This document shows positions 11,819-24,638 of a stretch of 64,000 bases of DNA, piece by piece. The notes below the pieces were generated by a model that saw only the letters and a program-made list of their open reading frames with translations, was not told where the DNA came from and ran no database searches. The translations under genes and the position numbers were made by a program. Position 1 is the stretch's first letter. Every line of letters begins with the position of its first letter. Source of the stretch: Toensbergia leucococca (taxonomy: Eukaryota); NCBI GenBank assembly GCA_022813965.1, contig JALDZS010000119.1:1-64000 (forward strand), read 5' to 3'.

Positions 11819-12756
11819 TGCGGTTTGTCCTGAGCTGTAGGAACTAGGAAGATAGAAAATGATAACCAAGGACGAGAAAGTCTTGTCCAAGCAGCGAATG
11901 GAGGTATTTAAGAAAGGACAGGAAGACGCGGAATGTGAATCAGAGATTGTGACGCTGTTCCGAGGGAATCAGATGTGAAAAGAAATCGGCGGTGGATGTG
12001 AGAAGCGGAAGTCGGAGAGAAGGAGAAAGATGAGGATGAAGATGAAGATGTTGTATCACGGAAAGATACAAGCTGCTGCAATGGAAAATGCGTGTCGAGG
12101 GAAGTGGTCCATTTGTAAAGCATCTTCAGTGAAACAGTACGAGTACCTGTAGATAATAATAAGAAAGTTGGGTCGGCGCCAAGGACACAGTGGAATGGTC
12201 TTAGGTCGGCGGTATGGATAGCACTGATGCTATCCATGGACGATGATACTATTTACCAAGATGATTGTTTCGCATTGCTGTTGTTGATAGAGAGTTATGA
12301 GATGGAGGATGAAGTTGAACTGATTGGGATGTTTCGGCGCTTAATTGCCGTTGGACGATTGATCGGTCGTGACGCGTCTCGAGCTTCCGATTGGCCAGAT
12401 AAAGCGATGGCATCGACATGAAACCATGAGGTTAATCAAGGTAATAGCCATAGTCTATTCTAGGCAGGTAGGTAGATTCAGTTCTCGAATGGATATATCG
12501 TCCATTTATTACATAATTAGCTCACCGTTTACCGGCTGGGAAAAAAGGGAAAAAAAGGGAAACAGGAGAAATAATTCACTACTTGAATTAGTTTCTTCCA
12601 TCGACATCAGGTAGATAGAATCCAAGGCATTGACAATATACGACTATATCAGCGAGGAGTCTAGGTATCTGATTGCTATGTAATTCATACAAGTATTTGC
12701 TAAGGACTCAGTGACCGCTCTGTGCTATCCTCCTCTTCAATCAATCTAGAATACCT

Positions 12757-13107
12757 TTAATCATCACAATGTCCGAATTCCTCCTCCCACTCAGCCTGCT
12801 GTCGATCCGCCACCTCCTGCAAACGCTTCTTCTCTGCCTCGTAATATCCATCCGACCAATTCATCGGGATACGTTGTTCAATCAACCATAACTTGGCCAC
12901 TTCATGGTTTCGTCGCCTTTGCCGAAGTTCTTCATTGAAGCAGAAACTACACAAAGGCCGCTTGTGGTTTTCCTTTTCGCCAAGGCATTCTCTACCATCG
13001 CCTGCTTGATCATGGACGTTTCGAAAGCCGTGGTGGCAGTGCTCTAACACCTCGTAGCTGTATACGTGGCCGCATTTAGGGTGCTGAACAACGTAGTATC
13101 GGCACAT
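12757..13107 (-). CDS. Small hypothetical protein with an N-terminal MC..CGH Cys/His motif
   Basis: Single 116-aa ATG ORF with MC-x9-CGH...C...C...CxxC and a charged helical C-terminus, a pattern common in small ascomycete hypothetical proteins. Confidence 0.55.
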   Translation of the reverse strand: MCRYYVVQHPKCGHVYSYEVLEHCHHGFRNVHDQAGDGRECLGEKENHKRPLCSFCFNEELRQRRRNHEVAKLWLIEQRIPMNWSDGYYEAEKKRLQEVADRQQAEWEEEFGHCDD

Positions 13108-14649
13108 TCTGCAGGTGCGGGATACCGATTGATGAGATTCAGACTCGCTTTCTGACAGAACCTAAATTGGAGAAGGATTTAGCTCTGTGTGTAGGAAAAG
13201 AGAAGCTGATGGGGAATAGTGAAGTACACTGCGAAGCCTGCTCTTATCTTCTGTAGTTGTCCACTGCAGTTTCGACTTCTTTGAAAGAATAGCTCCTTGA
13301 AAAGAGTCTTGAACAATGTCGGACAAACACTACCAGCTTCCTTGTCAACGTAATGTGAAAGCTGACTTCATTGTCCAATTGTTCAATGACATTGTCCCAT
13401 TGTCCCCAACAATTTCAATGAGATTGTTCACCATCAAAACAAACACGCCCTTAACATCCAATCCATGACACAGAAAGTATAAATCGCTCTCCCCTCCTCC
13501 CTCTTCTTCCTTCCTCACCAGTCTCTCCCATCTCCGACAAACCCACAGCACACTCACACGGCCATCCAGTGAAACCAACTCGAATCAACGCTTTCCAGAT
13601 CTTCCAGGGAAAACATGTGTCTTCAGGTAAACACCCAATGCTGGACCGGATGCAACCACACAGTAACGGAAACGGTGTACATTGCAGCCCAATGTCACTC
13701 TTTCCCTCGCTGCCATTACTATGCTCCGTACGTCTATTACGCTGGATACTGTCCAACCTGCTTTGTTAGTCAGAGAACATGCTAAGTCAGCCGATTAGAT
13801 CTGTTTCAGCCGCAGCGAATAGGAGATGAACAGGTAGGTCGAGTATCGTGCATGCGTTGATTTTTCAAAGGGAAAAGAAGGGCGAATAAAACTAAAAAAA
13901 AGGAAAGCTAAATCTTTTTGCTTGCTTAACAAATGGTAAGAATTAAATCACACTCTTTTAGCAAATAAACATCACTCTCTCCAAACAGACTTTGCAATCA
14001 GTGCCACTGTGATGAAATTGGTGAAGTCCCTTGCGTAGAAGTACCGCTAACAGCTTTGGAAATCCACGTCGGGCCTCGGGACATGCCATTAAATTTTACC
14101 CAACATTTACAATAGCTCCATCTGTTATCGGGCTCACGGCTCTTACAACTGTCCTTTCCATATTTGTATTACTCTGGTGATCCTCTCACAATTCGTGACT
14201 AGACTCTCACAGACAAAATTGATAGTAGAGGAAGCCGCTCGTAAGAGGAAGAATAGCTCTCGATAAATGTACCCGATAGCCAAGTTGGGAAGCTACCATC
14301 ACGGTGTGAATACCAAGGAAGCGACTTTGAGAGCTTGAAGATCCGAGGACCTACCGTTCCAAGGTCGAGGGATTTGGTGGAAGGAGTAGCTTCTTGGTTT
14401 ATGTATACATTATGTTAACTTTCTCAGCACGGAGCCTCAGTCGGTCGGCCTAATTCGGATTTGACATTCTTCTTGTTGTTCTCATTCGTAGAGTACTCCA
14501 TGAAAGCATAGAGATGTATTCTTATATGAACAGTGCAGGTCTAATATTCATCCCTTGAAATTCATGTGATTATGACACTTTCTTGCACAAAGCCCCAAGA
14601 GACAGTTCAAAAGAACACGTGACGTGATTTACGGATACTTTCATACCCT

Positions 14650-15532
14650 CTACACTGGATCATCCACATACTCGGGCACAGCTTGAGGATCTCGCCTTTG
14701 AAGCTTTCTCTGTTCCTCAAGTTTGACAACCCACAAGGCGGATCCAGACGCTGTTGTTAAGAGGAAAAACATGCTGAGAACAGGCACCAATTGTAGTACC
14801 AACGCTACACTCCCAAACCAAGTATATCGTAGTCGCCGTTGCCTAACAAAAGCCTGTCTTTCTTTTTTGGTAAATCCTAATAGCTTAAAGTATCTCCAAT
14901 GATGTAGTGGACCCGCTCGATATCCGGTAAGGACAATGAAAAGTGGTACACCAGCTACGGGTATCAAGTTTAATGGAAGGAATAATATGAACTCAACAAT
15001 CTGGCGTAATGAGAATGGCGAGTAAACTGCCGATGAAGTCGGCTTGCCAAGTTGTTTGACTGGATTACTGATTTCTGGATCCAACGGCCTCGAGCTTTCC
15101 ACAAGCTCTCGAGATCCCTCAGCCACCAGGATACTGTCAAAAACATCAACCAAGGTCTCATCGACGAGGAACGCTTCGAATAATAGGGCCACTATGGCAG
15201 CACCTTCTCCAAGTACCAAAAAGGCTGCGTTCACCCATGCTAACGGGCCATGGAAGAGATATAGAAATGCTACTTGAGGCAAATATGTCCAGAGGAAGAG
15301 ATTTGTCAAGACAAACATCGAGAGGAGGAGACTAGGAAGTAGGCGAGCTCGAAGGAGAGGCCAAAGAAATGGATGAGCGAAAAAGTACCAAAGACCCTGA
15401 ACGCGTTAGCTGAGAGTCAATAAGTAACGGGTGAGACGTTACTTTGAAAGGATAGAGAAAAGAAGAAGCAGACACGGCTTTAACAGGCGTGGTGATGACA
15501 CGGAATACTGGTCGCCCGTTGGACTGGGCCAT
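14650..15532 (-). CDS. Rrt8/Lds-like (EI24 domain) membrane protein, 2 exons
   Basis: LYPFK|GLWYF, TYLPQ, LVDVFD, LPLNLIPVAG, HHWRYF and LQLVP motifs; several transmembrane segments. Confidence 0.8.
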
Positions 15533-16040
15533 GACCTGCGAGTTTGAGGTGTTGAGAAGAGTAGCGATGGGGTATTGGGAGGGTTCCGAAGTATCGTTCA
15601 CTTGGACGGGATAATCCTTTGATATGAGTTACATGTTGGTGCAGCTTTCAACATATTAGCCTAGTAGGAGAGTGCAAAGGAATCCTTGAATCTTCCTTGC
15701 TCCCTCCGCAGCCGCGTAAATCCGGAGTATCTCTATCCGTACTCCGGGGATGAACGGCAGCTAGAATTAGTGCCCGAAAGTAGCGTTACCTTAATGGCCT
15801 AGCGGAAACCAGGCTCAGGGATCTCCTCTATCCGTACAGAGTAGGTAGGGAAGCATTGAGGAAGGTTTGTGCATCTATTAACTTCTCTCAGGGCGCGGAA
15901 GCACAAAATACAACGCAAACCATCAATGCCTCTCCAATCTATCCCTCACACTCAAAACCCAACACCAATAATGCATTCGCCAAACCCTCCCCTTTCCCCA
16001 TAGGCCTCCCCTCTCCCCACAAGCAAATATCCCCTATCCA

Positions 16041-19005
16041 TCACGCCCTCAATGCATCCACAACAGCTACAGCTCCAATATCTCCCGCCTTAGCAGCACC
16101 ATTCAGCATAGCAACTGAGGCAATGACATCAGAGGGTTCAAGTAGGTGCCAGTTGGCGATTGTTTGCTTGGAGCTTGCGCCGACAGTGACGGAGAAAACG
16201 TGGTCAGGAGGAAGAGTGGTGCCACGGAGAGCACGGAACATATCTGTCATTCATATTAGAAAACGAAAGGAGCACAGATACTACAAACACACCTTCATCG
16301 GTGAAATCGTCACCGAGGCAAAGTACGAATTCAGGCGGCTCGCCCTCTTCATGCCCGTATTCATTGACCAGCCTCTTGGCAATCTCGCCTTTGTTGACAA
16401 ACGTAGGCCTGACTTCTAGATTCGCCTTCCCATTCATGACTTCGACATCCCATTTCTTCGCGACTGTATTCTCAAGATGTTTCTTACACTCCCTCGCCTG
16501 AAAAGCACCATACTCTGGATCAGCGCGACGAAAATGCCATGTCAAAGCAATGCGTTTACGTTCGATGAAAGAGCCTTGGGTTCTCTCCGTGTAGTGCTGG
16601 AAGATTTCCATGACTTCTTTCTGCCAGCTCATGTCTGTTTTTTCAGTAAGGTTTTCCCAATCTTCAGTCTTTGGTTGTCGAATGAAGCTTCCATGCTCGG
16701 CCGACAGGCCAAGTTCAGCGATATGTCCCATCCACTCATCAAGGAAAGCTTGGTCTCGTCCGCTGATAATCCATACTGCGTTTCTCGGGTCCGAAGCCAA
16801 GGTCTTGATCGTACGAATCACGCGATCTGAAGGTATTGCTGCCTGTGGATCTTTAACGATTGGAGTGAGAGTGCCGTCGTAGTCAAACATGAAGAGGCGC
16901 TTCTTAGCCTGCCGATAACGTGTTAATAACTTGGCCTTGTCTAGTACTGGCGTTGCAATGGATTGATCAAAGGACGAAAGATTTGTGAGGAGCCGTTTGA
17001 TATAATTATTCGACCACATTTGAACCGTATTTGTCGTGACATGTTTAAATAATTTCCCATGCTGAGACTTTTTGACACTGAGAGGCATGGTCAAGGCTAG
17101 ATTGATAGCCTCTGCTACTCCACCAAGATCCCAAGGATTTATATGGATAGCGTTACTGAGAGATCCTGCTGTACCAGAGAATTCGGATAGAATCAACGGC
17201 CCATGATTATCTTTCTGACAAACGACGTATTCCAAGCTGGTGGTATTCATACCATCACGAACACTTGTGATCAATCCAACGTCGGCGACCCGTAGCAAAG
17301 CAAAGTATTCATCTCGAGAGATGTATTGTGGGAAATGAAAGACAGGAGTGTATTCAAGTCCTCCGTAAAGGCCATTAATCTTTTGGACCATTTCAGAGAT
17401 TTTGCTAGCGATCTTGTGCGCTGCATCTTCTTTTTCGGATTCCACGCTTGTAGGACTTGTGACTTGAATCAATACAACTTTCTCCCGCCACTGAGGATAT
17501 CGTTCAAGAAACATTTCGAATGCCATGAGCTTCTGAGATACACCTCGTACGGTATCCAATCGATCCCGACCAACGATAATCTTTTGCCCAGGGTATTGGT
17601 TACGAATTCTAGCTATTTTTGCTTCAATGGTATGATTACCGAAAGCTGTGCGAGAAACAGCTGCTGCGTTTATTCCTATTGGGAATACGTCCACAGCGAC
17701 ATGGGCACCGTAAGCGTCAACACCAGCAGACGAGGAATCAAAGCCTAGGATACGAGTACAACAGGATGAGAAATGCCGCGAGTAACTGAAAGACTGGAAA
17801 CCAATCATATTTGCACCCAGGACACCAGTCAATATCTCTTTCCTTCGACTGAGACACCGAAGAAATTCGCTGCTTGGAAAAGGTATATGAAGGAAAAACC
17901 CAATGTAGATATTAGGAAGTCGTTGACGTAGCATGCTAGGGAGAAGCAACAGGTGATAGTCGTGAATCCAAATAATATCCCCAGGCTTATAGACTTCCAG
18001 AATACGATCCGCAAAGATCTGATTCATGCGGTAATAGTCAGCCCACCACCTACGTTCTGCACGGCCATCAGTAGGTTCATGTTGCTTGTAGTGAAATAAT
18101 GTATATATTTCATGCTCAGCGTAACGACGCCATTTAGTCTGATCTTTAAGGACAGCGTCCCCGTTGGCTTCATCAACTTCGTCCAGAAGCCACACCGGAA
18201 CAATCTTGCCTCCCTCATCGTGACGTAGTTGATCCTCCAAGCACCTTCGATCTTCTTTGGTAATACGAATACCTTCTCCATGAGGTTGAGGAGTTGGCGC
18301 TCTTGTTGAACCATCAATGGGAACCGGTGCCGAAGCTTTGTTTAAAGGTGTAGATACAATCTTATTGAGAGACATTCCAGCGATAGGGGCGTGTGGGGGA
18401 GGGGACTTTGGAGGCCTGGGTAGATCTTCCACGGGTTTGATCTCCCCAGTCCATCCGACTAATGTGTGATCCCAAGGTGTTTCGGAGTCGGATAAATGGG
18501 AGAAGGAGTCGAAGAGGGCAGATGTACCACGACGAGATTTGAGATCCTATGATACTTAGCAAGTATATCATCAGCTGAAAACCAGTGGCTCTACCCATTT
18601 CTTCCCACTCTTAAAGCCAACAGAATGGGGTATACAAAAAGTTGCACTTATAATTCCGCCACTGAGGTTCAGACCAGGGTGTGCGACTCGAGGATCAGGC
18701 TCGGGAGTCATAGGTCTTCCATTGTCGACCAAACTCAACCGTCGAAGGAGGTCAGCCGGAGATCTGGCGCCGTGTGCGAATTTGGTTGGTGAGTCTGGGG
18801 GCTTATCGTTTCCATGTGGTGAAAAATAAGAATTCGCATTCCAATGGGTTCCTCCAGTGTCCCGATCTGTAGGCCCAGATGTCCGATTCTCCAATGAGGT
18901 TGAATGGTTATTCTGGACTGAAGGAGGCGGTACAGGGTGAGCACTCCCAATTGATTCGGGAGGCTCACCTTCGAAAGGGTCTTCATGAGAAGTACTGCCA
19001 GCCAT
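16041..19005 (-). CDS. TPS2: Trehalose-6-phosphate phosphatase subunit (GT20 domain + HAD phosphatase), 3 exons
   Basis: WIHDYHL, FFLHIPFPSSE, RDGMN, FDYDGTL, ISGRD, GKANLEVRP and GDDFTDE motifs; introns near 18590-18538 and 16290-16244. Confidence 0.95.
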
Positions 19006-19546
19006 TGGAGCTTTCGGTCGTAAATAGTAGGGAGTCAATGGTAAAGTGAAGGAGAATAGCGAAGGAAGGACGTAGGTAGGAGATGAAGGTTAATGCAGAG
19101 ACTTAGGGAAGCTCCAGATCGAAGTCATGATATAGAGCAGAGATTTTGAGTTCACGAGCGCTCATGTGCGAGCATAACGAGTCTTTCGGTACTCGTACTC
19201 GTACGAGTACTAGAAACTTGCTAATATCATGTGACAGCTGTACAGAGCAGAAAATGCCAAGTAAGCTGGAGAAAGCTCCCAGAGCGGTTAGGTATTTCCC
19301 ACCAGCTATGAGCTTCCATCAAACTTTCGTGTTGGATTTTGAGGAATAGTTGTCATGACTGGTGGTGACAACTGGAAACAGTCGAAGGAGTGGGCAGTGA
19401 GTATCCTCAGCCCTACATGGATTAATACCAAGCTAGCTGCTGTACATTGTATTCTAAAATACAATCAGTCCTTGCCCCTGCGACAGAGCAAGCAGAGCAC
19501 TGCAAAGAAATTCATTGAAATCTTTGACCACTGTAATGCAGTTCTT

Positions 19547-21518
19547 ATGAATCATCGACTTCTATTTTCTTATTGCTCTCGAACCACCAGAACCAATGCC
19601 TTACGTTCAGTACCCTTACATGGGCGGCCTTTGTCTTCGACAGCTGTCGACCGAGACGACACAATCTCGAATGCGACGCCGGTAGCACCGATTCTTACCG
19701 ATTACTTGGAATTAGACATTACTGGGAAACCCAGAAAAAGACTACCAAATGACAAAGACATTATCATTGGCGATATGAAAACTACCCTTGAACTACACCG
19801 CAAGACGAATCGCGCCTCGCTGGTTCGGAAAGTCAAAACCAGCTTTACTGACCCTCGTGTTTTCAGACCAACGCTCCTACCTGTGGATGAAGCTTCGAGC
19901 AAGATTGCAGCTTCCGACAAGACCTCGGCAGTGTCGAAGGGTGAGAAGAAATTGAAGCCAGGACTACAGGCCCAGCGTGAGGCGAAAAAGGACGAGAAGA
20001 TGATGATCAAGCAAGAGAGGGACGAATCTTCATCTGTAGTGGTAGGTTGGAGCCAATTGGTGGTACACGTGAATCCGAAGCGGATACTGACCGCGACCCA
20101 GAACAAATGGCCAAAAGATTCGATACAGTACCATAAAGAAGTTGGCAAAACTGTTGATATCAAAGACGACGAGATATTAGAGTACGAGGGAACACACCTC
20201 GTTCGGCAGTTTCCCTGGGTCTTCTTCCGTCGCAACAAGGTCCCACAGTCCCCATGGCTCGGTTATATGGAAAATCAAGGGAGCGATACGGATAGTATCG
20301 AACGGTATATCTCACACTTATCACGTCCCTCTCTACGCTCTTTAACTGTTCTACAGGCTGAATGGTGAAATCAAAGGCTTTGAGGCTTACATGAGACTGA
20401 ATCAAGCGGAGACCATGGCGTCAGACCTCGCCATAACAAGCGTCAAATCCACCATGCAAGCCGTTGTCCCTGAAAGCACAATTTCGATCATTGGCTCCTA
20501 CGCGACTGGTCTCGCAACTCCGACCTCGGATATTGACTTTACATTCTCTCTTTCGTCTTACGAGAAGGATCCGCTCACCCGTGGTCCCAGTGCTACACGT
20601 CCTGAAGCTCTTCGCGCCAATTATAAAGCGCTCCAGGGCATCCGTCGGAATTTGCACAAAAGTCCCGATTTTCGAGGTATTGAGTACATACCCGCGCGGA
20701 TTCCCATTGTCTCTGCAGTTCACTTTGTCACCGGCCGGAAAATTCAAATCCAAAGCTTGGCTCCTTTTCTTCCTGCAAGGGAATACACTGCAACCTACCT
20801 CGTCGAATTTCCTACTCTCCGCCCCTTGTTCATTCTTCTTCGTTATGCCCTTGAAATGCGCGGGCTAAGCACTGTCTTCGAGGGTGGGCTCGGCTCCTAT
20901 TCCCTCCTGATGCTGATCGTCACTGCTTTCAAACATGCGTCCGGGAAGTATGACCGCCATGATCTAGCAGGGCACCTACTTCACGTACTAGGGTTTTACG
21001 CAGATGCTGACCTATACCATGACGGCTACTCGGCCGATCCACCACGCGTGTTCCCTAAAATCCGTAAGTCCATGTCAGTGGAAGAGCGCAAGATCCGATC
21101 CGAGGATCCCATCCTTTTGGGTATTGACACGATGAATAAATTCAATCCCAAGAAGCCATATCTCTTATGTCTGCAAGACCCCGCCAACCCAACCAACGAT
21201 CTAGGAAGCAAGGCCTACGCCATCAAGCATGTACAAGCTTTGTTCAAATCGGTAAAGATTGATCTGACGGAGGACTTGAAGAGATGGGACCACTTCCGAG
21301 CGCTCCGATTGCCCTATCGTCATGCATTGCTGAACAGGCTGGTCCGGGCGAATTATGACTTCCTTGAAGCAGCGCGGGCCAGGGTGGAAAAAGCTGTAGG
21401 CGTGGAGAGAGATGACGAAAAGGCCATGTGGCAGCCCAATTTCTTAGATTTAGGTCCGATCAGAAAAATATTTGGTGGCCCTCGGTTGGGAGGTGTAGAT
21501 ACCAAGACAAATGTATGA
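19547..21518 (+). CDS. Non-canonical poly(A)/nucleotidyltransferase (Trf4/Cid1-like), 2 exons
   Basis: IGSYATGLATPTSDIDF (GS..DxD), GGLGSY and LCLQDPANPTNDLG (PAP-associated domain). An intron at ~20305-20357 joins the two ORFs (IER|LNGEIKGFEAYM). Confidence 0.85.
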
Positions 21519-22246
21519 GAGCCGCCATGCTGCCATCTACTGCAAAGCCCACCATCCACATAACCCCCCATCACACAACTCTTCACTAGATGCACACCAC
21601 CAGCATGTTGAGTCTGCTCGATGGATTAATCAACCCTGCTTCGACAGCGATCAAAGGAAAATGGACATGGACTTTGCAAACAACGGGCCCCTATATGCAT
21701 TTGAAAGTACAAAAGAAATAACCTGATAAATGACCTAACGCCCTTTCTCACGCGGCATACGCATCATCCAAAGAAAAAAGAGCAAAAGAAAAAGATATCT
21801 CTTCCTCCCACACTCTGACACGCGCGTTTCTATACCCAGAAGCCTTCCATTTGTACAAGAAAAAAAATGTCCTACCAATCCCACTCCCGCATAATCCCAA
21901 GTGCCCCCAAAGCAAAGATGCCAGGTCCCCCCACTCGTTGTTTAAGCGAAGATAAATCAACGACGTTGCAGCCCCCGAGACCGCTATTCCCGTGATGTCA
22001 CTCTCGGACTACCACACTCTGTTCTTCACCCTTCTCACGCACAATACTCAACTCCTCCCTCATCCCCGACTCCACCCTCCCCAATCCCCGCATCCCCCAA
22101 ACCCCTCAACCCTCAATCCAAATCAGAGACCCCTGACCCTCAACCCTCAACCCTTAATTCCATACTCAAATCTCCTCCCTCAAACCAAAATACCTTGCCT
22201 TAACAACAACACTCAACCCCCCCCTCACACCCCTCTCAAAAAGCAA

Positions 22247-22280
22247 GCAAAGCAAAGCAAAGCAAAGCAAAGCAAAGCAA
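22247..22280. repeat. (GCAAA)n microsatellite, about 7 units
   Basis: Directly visible. Confidence 0.95.
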
Positions 22281-22754
22281 CCAACGTCCTCAAAAAAAAA
22301 CCCTCAATCAGAAAATCAACATGAATCACCTCAAAAAAATGCCCAAGCAAAAACCAACAGCACAAGTAAGGGAAGAAAACAAGAGTCGAAGAAAAGTCTT
22401 ACTCTCTCCAAAAAAAATACCCTTAGGAAAAACCCCCCTTAGCTAAAGACATACCTAAACCACCCCCACCCCCAAAAAAAACCCCTCAAAGAGCCCAATC
22501 TCCAAAACCTTGACCCCTGATCTCGCCTCCTCAAATCGTAGCTCTCACCATCTCCACCGAGGAAAAAAGGAACGGGGTTGCTTGGGGGGTAGAAATGGGT
22601 TAACATAAAAGCACAAATGGCGACGAATAAAACTGGAGATCGATCACAAATAGGAAAGAGCTTTTATACAAAAGCTCTTCAATCATAAGTCAGCTACCAA
22701 CAGAATGTAAGTATACAGGTACCAAAAAAAAGGTACCTGCCTAATCACATAAAA

Positions 22755-22810
22755 CCTACCTACCTACCTACCTACCTACCTACCTACCTACCTACCTACC
22801 TACCTACCTA
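22755..22810. repeat. (CCTA)14 microsatellite
   Basis: Directly visible, perfect array. Confidence 0.95.
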
Positions 22811-23282
22811 CAAAAACACACGCCCCTCGAGCAAGCAAATCAAGCAAGCCGCTCCGCTCCAATCCACCAAAAGAAGAAACAAACATAAAAGGAAAAAGGA
22901 CTTGGAGACAGCAAATAAAAAAATAACAACCCCCATCTAACCCTACCCACGCATCAGTACCCCCACCCATCTCCCGTCTCCACAAAAGAATAAAGAATAA
23001 GAAAAAAAAACATGCCAGTCGTCTAAGCTCTGTAGTCGCCAGCCAGCTAAAACTTCCGAAGCCGATAACATCCCCGAGCACAAAAGCATCCTCTCATCCT
23101 CAACCCATCCCATCCCAATCCTAACCCAAAGGCATGTAGAAGCGAACGGCAGAGAAGGAGAACAGCACCACCCATTCCGCGCCCAACATACCGAGGGACC
23201 CTTAAAGAAAGACCGATAGAGCCGCCACCAAAGCTAACATGATGCTCATGTTCCGACTCACAAAAGGGCTTTTTTGTAACCA

Positions 23283-24638
23283 CTAACTCAATGGATCAAC
23301 ACCCTCGTCACCAACTTCCCGTTTGCTATAATCGTTCCTCCGCATAATCCCCTCCACAGGTCCCAACAGTCTTTGAAAGCCTTGCTTCCCCAACGACGCC
23401 ACTTTGACTTCGCCCTTGGAAATAACACTCGCTGCCCTCGGCTTATCGTTCAACAGCGCGAGCTCCCCAAAGTAATCCCCCTTTTTGTATCGTTTGACAG
23501 GCGCAGATCCGCTCTCAGCTTTATATGCTTCGGCCTCACCGCTTTCCAAAAGGAAGAAGGCTTCGCCTAAGTCACCTTCACGGATGATGGTGGATCCGGC
23601 AGGAAATTTCTGCGTATCCAGGGCATCGGCGATTTTCGACCGTTCATACAGTGTCAAAGAAGATAGAAGGGGAACTTCTTCTAGGAAAGACTCATACATG
23701 CGACGGCGTTGAAATGCCGAGTCCATGAGGATGCGGCGAAATGTCACCCGGTCTAAAGCCCAAAGTGTGGATCCTGCCTCGGTAGAGACGACGGTGGCGG
23801 CACGTGGAGCATTGTACATGAGAGCTAGCTCACCAAAGGAACCACCGGGACCGATTGTGTTGACTTTGTTGCCCATGCCATTGGGGCCAGGCTCGACAGT
23901 GCCTACGGAATTGACATAAATGTCAAACTGACCCTTTTCCACAACGTAGAAATAGTCCCCTGTATCACCTTGACTGATAACCTTGATGTCTTTGGCCGGG
24001 ATAGGTTTCTCTACAAGAGCACCAAGAACTTGAGAGGATTGTTCATCGTCGAGGTGGGAAAAGAGGAAGTTGGAGGATACGGAGGTTTTGAGGCGGGAGA
24101 GCTGATCGGGCGTTTTCTTGTGGAGTGGTGGGGTCCAATTATCGTTAGATGATGACGTGGGGGTCATTGATTCGGCCGAAACTGAAGTACGTCGATTCAT
24201 GTTGTAGTTTGAAGGGAAGCCTCCACCAGATCCTTGCGGGCGGAAGGAGCCTGGAGGAGAGTCCCCAGCGCCATCAGCACCAAACGGGTTGCTCGCTTTA
24301 TTTGGAAAATTCGAGGCGGGGGTAGCTTGGATATTGGTAGGCGAGGCGATAGTATCATTTTCATCTTCTTCGATCAAGTTGTTCATGCCGGCACGAGAGC
24401 TTGTCTGTGAACCTCCACCAAACGGGTTGCCACCGGGAAAATTGCTTTCAGCCATGGGATCGGATCTACCAGGTTGAGAAGGCACGTGCTGCTGAGACAA
24501 GAGGTATTCGGTTCGTTGGGATTCAAGTCGTCTATTGAAGTAGTTTGCACAGAATTGGAGGACGTCGTCGGGATTGGAAGTCAGGATTTCACGGTTCAGG
24601 GAGTTCAGTTCGTTGACGTAGGTAGGAGGCAGCGACAT
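23283..24638 (-). CDS. pkaR: cAMP-dependent protein kinase regulatory subunit
   Basis: N-terminal dimerisation/docking domain, RRTSVSAE inhibitory site and two cNMP-binding domains (FGELALMYNAPRAATV, FGELALLNDKPRAASV); uninterrupted 451-aa ORF. Confidence 0.97.
   Translation of the reverse strand: MSLPPTYVNELNSLNREILTSNPDDVLQFCANYFNRRLESQRTEYLLSQQHVPSQPGRSDPMAESNFPGGNPFGGGSQTSSRAGMNNLIEEDENDTIASPTNIQATPASNFPNKASNPFGADGAGDSPPGSFRPQGSGGGFPSNYNMNRRTSVSAESMTPTSSSNDNWTPPLHKKTPDQLSRLKTSVSSNFLFSHLDDEQSSQVLGALVEKPIPAKDIKVISQGDTGDYFYVVEKGQFDIYVNSVGTVEPGPNGMGNKVNTIGPGGSFGELALMYNAPRAATVVSTEAGSTLWALDRVTFRRILMDSAFQRRRMYESFLEEVPLLSSLTLYERSKIADALDTQKFPAGSTIIREGDLGEAFFLLESGEAEAYKAESGSAPVKRYKKGDYFGELALLNDKPRAASVISKGEVKVASLGKQGFQRLLGPVEGIMRRNDYSKREVGDEGVDPLS

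Noticed and set aside
13345..13769. Overlapping short ORFs
   Set aside because: No recognisable motif or consistent exon structure.
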